A DNA stretch of 20,000 bases from an uncultured virus (IMG/VR IMGVR_UViG_3300030117_005941) (lineage: Duplodnaviria; Heunggongvirae; Uroviricota; Caudoviricetes), in the IMG/VR virus record IMGVR_UViG_3300030117_005941, positions 53,555 through 73,554 of that record; one strand, written 5' to 3'. Shown here in pieces: positions 17,383 through 20,000 of the stretch. The position numbers were made by a program, and so were the translations under genes. Below the pieces are notes generated by a model. That model searched no databases, was not told the origin of the DNA, and was given only the letters and a program-made list of their open reading frames with translations. The first letter of the stretch is position 1. Each line of letters opens with the position of its first letter.

Positions 17383-18113
17383 ACGGCTCTTTAAAAGAAC
17401 AAATAACACAAGCTGAAACATATATTGGGTGTGGGTTATGTGATGATTCATCACAAACCCCTGGAGAGTATGCTTGTGCTCCTGGAATAGAATTTCAAAT
17501 TACTCCTGATATGACAAATACTAACGTAAATCCTAATAGTAATTGGGATGTAGGTACACTTACATCAGATGAAATTGTAGGAGGATTTGAAAGTATTGGT
17601 TATGAAGGAACTCGACTATACCGAGAATCAATGATAGATGGAGTAAATTATTATGACTATGGTGGAATAGAATATTGGTGCCCATCAGGTAGTGCAATGA
17701 CACCAACAGATGGTCCTACAGTAACAGCAAGTACTTCTTCAGATGCCTTTACAGGAGCTGCAGGGGGAGATGCAACTAATTTTACTCAAGGAGACTTTGA
17801 TTTTAATACAGACTGTGGTCCATTTAATGAATTACCACAAGACTTTAAAGATCTTATTTGTCAATCTTGTGAAGATCCTACTTACATTAGTATGCAATGT
17901 GAATGTTGTAATCAAGAATCAGATACACCAAATCAAGCAGTTCCTGTTAAAACACCAAATAAAGGACCTGAAAAAGATCCAGATAAAGGACCTGATAAAT
18001 TAAAACAAAAATCTAAACCAGTAGTACCTCCACCTCCTAAAAAACAAGATAAACGAGATTTAGGAAGATTAAAAGAAATAATAGCAGATACTATAAAACA
18101 ATTAAAAAAATGA
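17334..18113 (+). CDS. Cys-rich mosaic paralog with KFDYKKW..SLKEQ leader, 259 aa
   Basis: Shares TY(I/L)GCxxC...GFESIGY with the 911-aa protein and PQDFKDLICQSCEDPTY..CECC with the 911-aa and 398-aa proteins; Pro/Lys linker; tail RLKEIIADTIKQLKK. Confidence 0.85.
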   Translation: MTIEKFDYKKWVVENKYGSLKEQITQAETYIGCGLCDDSSQTPGEYACAPGIEFQITPDMTNTNVNPNSNWDVGTLTSDEIVGGFESIGYEGTRLYRESMIDGVNYYDYGGIEYWCPSGSAMTPTDGPTVTASTSSDAFTGAAGGDATNFTQGDFDFNTDCGPFNELPQDFKDLICQSCEDPTYISMQCECCNQESDTPNQAVPVKTPNKGPEKDPDKGPDKLKQKSKPVVPPPPKKQDKRDLGRLKEIIADTIKQLKK

Positions 18114-18158
18114 CAATAGGAAAATTTGACTACAAAAAATGGGTAGTAGAAAATAAAT
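18104..18158 (+). repeat. 55-bp direct repeat, copy 2
   Basis: aaaaaaATGacaataggaaaatttgactacaaaaaatgggtagtagaaaataaat. Confidence 0.95.
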
Positions 18159-19258
18159 TTGGTAAAACATCTTCTTTTTCTCACTATGGTTCATTAAATG
18201 AACAACAAACAGGAAGTTTAACATGTCCTGAAGGAACAGAAATAAATACAACAAGTAATTATGGAGCAATGTATTGTGCTTCTGGTAGTGAAGGTCCTGG
18301 TTTTAATTCAGATGGAACTTGGGCTATTACAGGATATCCATCAACTATAACTTCAGGTTTTGAAGAATATTGTTGTACAGGAAGTTTAGATACAGGAGCA
18401 ACGGGTTCAAATTATTCTTGTAATGTTTGTACTGGATGTGTAGAAGATTCAAATGGTCCTTTTGGTTCATTAGAAGAATGTCAAGCATCAGGATGTTTTG
18501 AAGGAAGCTTAGAAGAATATGCAATATCTTTAGGAATATCACCTGGAGTAACTGGTGTTGATGGTACAACTATGTCAGCAGAAGACCAATATTGCATTAA
18601 ATGTCAATCAAATTCTTGGCCTGACGATATAGCACAAAAATGTGCTTGTTGTAATACTGATTATGAATATGAAGATAATGTAGTAACTTATAATCCTGGT
18701 CAAGCAGGAATACCTCCTAAAGATCCAGATAAAGGTCCAGGTAAATTTCCTCAAAAAAGACAACAAAGATCTAGAAGAGGTTTAAGAGAATTTATTACAA
18801 ATGAAGTTAAAAAAGAACTTAAAAAATTAGAAGAACGTAATATATGTCAAACATTTGCAAACTTCTTAGCTACAGGTTTACAAATGCCTTTATCACAAGC
18901 TCAATTTTGTCAAAGATGTAGTGATACAGGAAATAATACTGCAGGAAGTGAGTATTGTGGTTGCTGTACCTCTAATGTAAAACCATCTAGACCAATGAGA
19001 GAAGTTGAGGAAGAGGATCTAACTGGTGGGGGAAAATGTCCTGAAGGTTACATGTACATTTTAAATAACCCTAGTGATCCATTTGATGGTAGTTTTAGTT
19101 GTAGTCAATTATTAGATACTGTAACTTTACAGGGTATGGGTACTCAACAAGGAAAAGGACCTAAAACAAGAGCAAGAAGTATTAGTCCACCTATAAAAAA
19201 ACCTAAGAAAAATTTCCCTGGGTCACCAGGAGGTTATAATCCTTTTGGACCTCAATAA
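18110..19258 (+). CDS. Cys-rich mosaic paralog with KFDYKKW..SLNEQ leader and internal basic spacer, 382 aa
   Basis: CPEG modules, NGPFGSLEEC module, two CxxC...CxCC modules; internal RRGLREFITNEVKKELKKLEE. Confidence 0.85.
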   Translation: MTIGKFDYKKWVVENKFGKTSSFSHYGSLNEQQTGSLTCPEGTEINTTSNYGAMYCASGSEGPGFNSDGTWAITGYPSTITSGFEEYCCTGSLDTGATGSNYSCNVCTGCVEDSNGPFGSLEECQASGCFEGSLEEYAISLGISPGVTGVDGTTMSAEDQYCIKCQSNSWPDDIAQKCACCNTDYEYEDNVVTYNPGQAGIPPKDPDKGPGKFPQKRQQRSRRGLREFITNEVKKELKKLEERNICQTFANFLATGLQMPLSQAQFCQRCSDTGNNTAGSEYCGCCTSNVKPSRPMREVEEEDLTGGGKCPEGYMYILNNPSDPFDGSFSCSQLLDTVTLQGMGTQQGKGPKTRARSISPPIKKPKKNFPGSPGGYNPFGPQ

Positions 19259-19298
19259 CATAAAGTTCGATTCATAGCCGAACGATAAATTAAATTTT

Positions 19299-19340
19299 AG
19301 AGAGCTGTGGCCTCATTTGGTCTACAGCTCTCTTTTTATT
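19299..19340 (+). terminator. Intrinsic (Rho-independent) terminator
   Basis: AGAGAGCTGTGGCC-TCATTT-GGTCTACAGCTCTCT: a 10-bp perfect stem extended by G-U/G-C pairs with one bulge, followed by TTTTATT. Confidence 0.8.
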
Positions 19341-19352
19341 ATATATAGCAAT

Positions 19353-20000
19353 ATGGAAAACACATTAATAATAGGAGCCGGAGTTGCAGGAGTAAATGCA
19401 GCTACAAAATTAGTTGATAACAATTATAAAGGTAATATTACTGTAATTGATATGGGTAATGATCCTTTTAATCGTAAACCTGAAGAAGTAATGACGGGTT
19501 TTATGGGTGCTGGTGGATGGTCAGATGGTAAATTAACTTATCATACATCTATAGGAGGTCATATGTCTAAATACTGTGGTGATGAAAAAGCTATGGAATT
19601 AATGGATCAGGTTATTGATAATTTTAGAAGATTTCACCCAAAACCTGAAGTAATTCAATGTTCTCATCCCGTAGAAGAACCGGAATTTATTAAGCCTTAT
19701 TTTGGTTTGCGATTATTCCCTGTATGGCATATAGGAACTGATTATCTACATGAAATTGGCAAGAATTGGTATACATATTTGACCGATAATAATGTTAGAT
19801 TTAGATGGAAAGAAAAAGTAACTAATATTGATTTTGATAAACAAGAAGTTTATACAGATATATCACAATTTAACTATGATAGACTTATTTTTGGTGTAGG
19901 CAAATCAGGAATTGACTTTGGAAAACAATTAGCTGAAAAATATGATTTACCAACAGAACCAAAACCAGTACAAATAGGAGTTAGATTTGAAGCACCACAA
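19353..20000 (+). CDS. FAD-dependent oxidoreductase (COG2509-like), 3'-truncated; not in the supplied ORF track
   Basis: Manual translation: MENTLIIGAGVAG (Rossmann GxGxxG)...ITVIDMG...GFMGAGGWSDGKL...WHIGTD...FGVGKSG...VQIGVRFEAPQ; open to the window end. Confidence 0.85.
   Translation, partial: MENTLIIGAGVAGVNAATKLVDNNYKGNITVIDMGNDPFNRKPEEVMTGFMGAGGWSDGKLTYHTSIGGHMSKYCGDEKAMELMDQVIDNFRRFHPKPEVIQCSHPVEEPEFIKPYFGLRLFPVWHIGTDYLHEIGKNWYTYLTDNNVRFRWKEKVTNIDFDKQEVYTDISQFNYDRLIFGVGKSGIDFGKQLAEKYDLPTEPKPVQIGVRFEAPQ

Noticed and set aside
9697..18003. Alternate-frame + strand ORFs 9697-9888, 14253-14552 and 17743-18003
   Set aside because: Nested in larger genes; their Met/Leu/Gln/Ile-rich composition is what the shifted frame of GAT/AAT/CCA-rich codons produces.
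659..18569. Minus-strand ORFs (659-907, 10639-10953, 11715-11930, 13348-13578, 14468-14788, 15398-15685, 16979-17170, 17933-18184, 18345-18569)
   Set aside because: All lie antisense to longer motif-bearing + strand genes, have shadow-like composition and carry no motifs.
19265..19273. GTTCGATTC resembling a tRNA T-loop
   Set aside because: The flanks do not form a 5-bp T stem, and no acceptor, D or anticodon arms can be built.
1..20000. Stop-codon reassignment
   Set aside because: Long ORFs tile the window under the standard code, and TAA, TAG (1836, 2783) and TGA (17337, 18113) all end genes at sensible positions.

Overview
AT-rich, gene-dense window with every credible gene on the + strand, many of them translationally coupled (TAATG/ATGA overlaps). 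Starts are A-rich and lack a Shine-Dalgarno. It most likely comes from a large tailed (T4-like/jumbo) phage; a Bacteroidota-type host is an inference. Recognisable genes are the end of a virion structural gene, a GIY-YIG protein, a DNA primase, an HEXXH metallopeptidase, a 3TM holin and a partial FAD-dependent oxidoreductase. Two things stand out. (1) A 1181-aa apparent polyprotein: HIGH nucleotidyltransferase, HAD phosphatase, protamine-like peptide, DUF192-like domain, basic domain and a KxDG ligase-like domain, whose boundaries fall mostly on hydrophobic-x-Glu sites like those cut by T4 gp21-type prohead proteases. (2) A family of five paralogous, acidic, Cys-rich mosaic proteins (GCTDxxAxNYxxxAxxDDGSC repeats plus three other shuffled Cys modules), each with a basic leader ending (L/I)-(K/N)-E-Q and a basic tail. 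Together these suggest a protease-processed virion cargo system. All functional calls come from motif recognition by eye; no searches were run.
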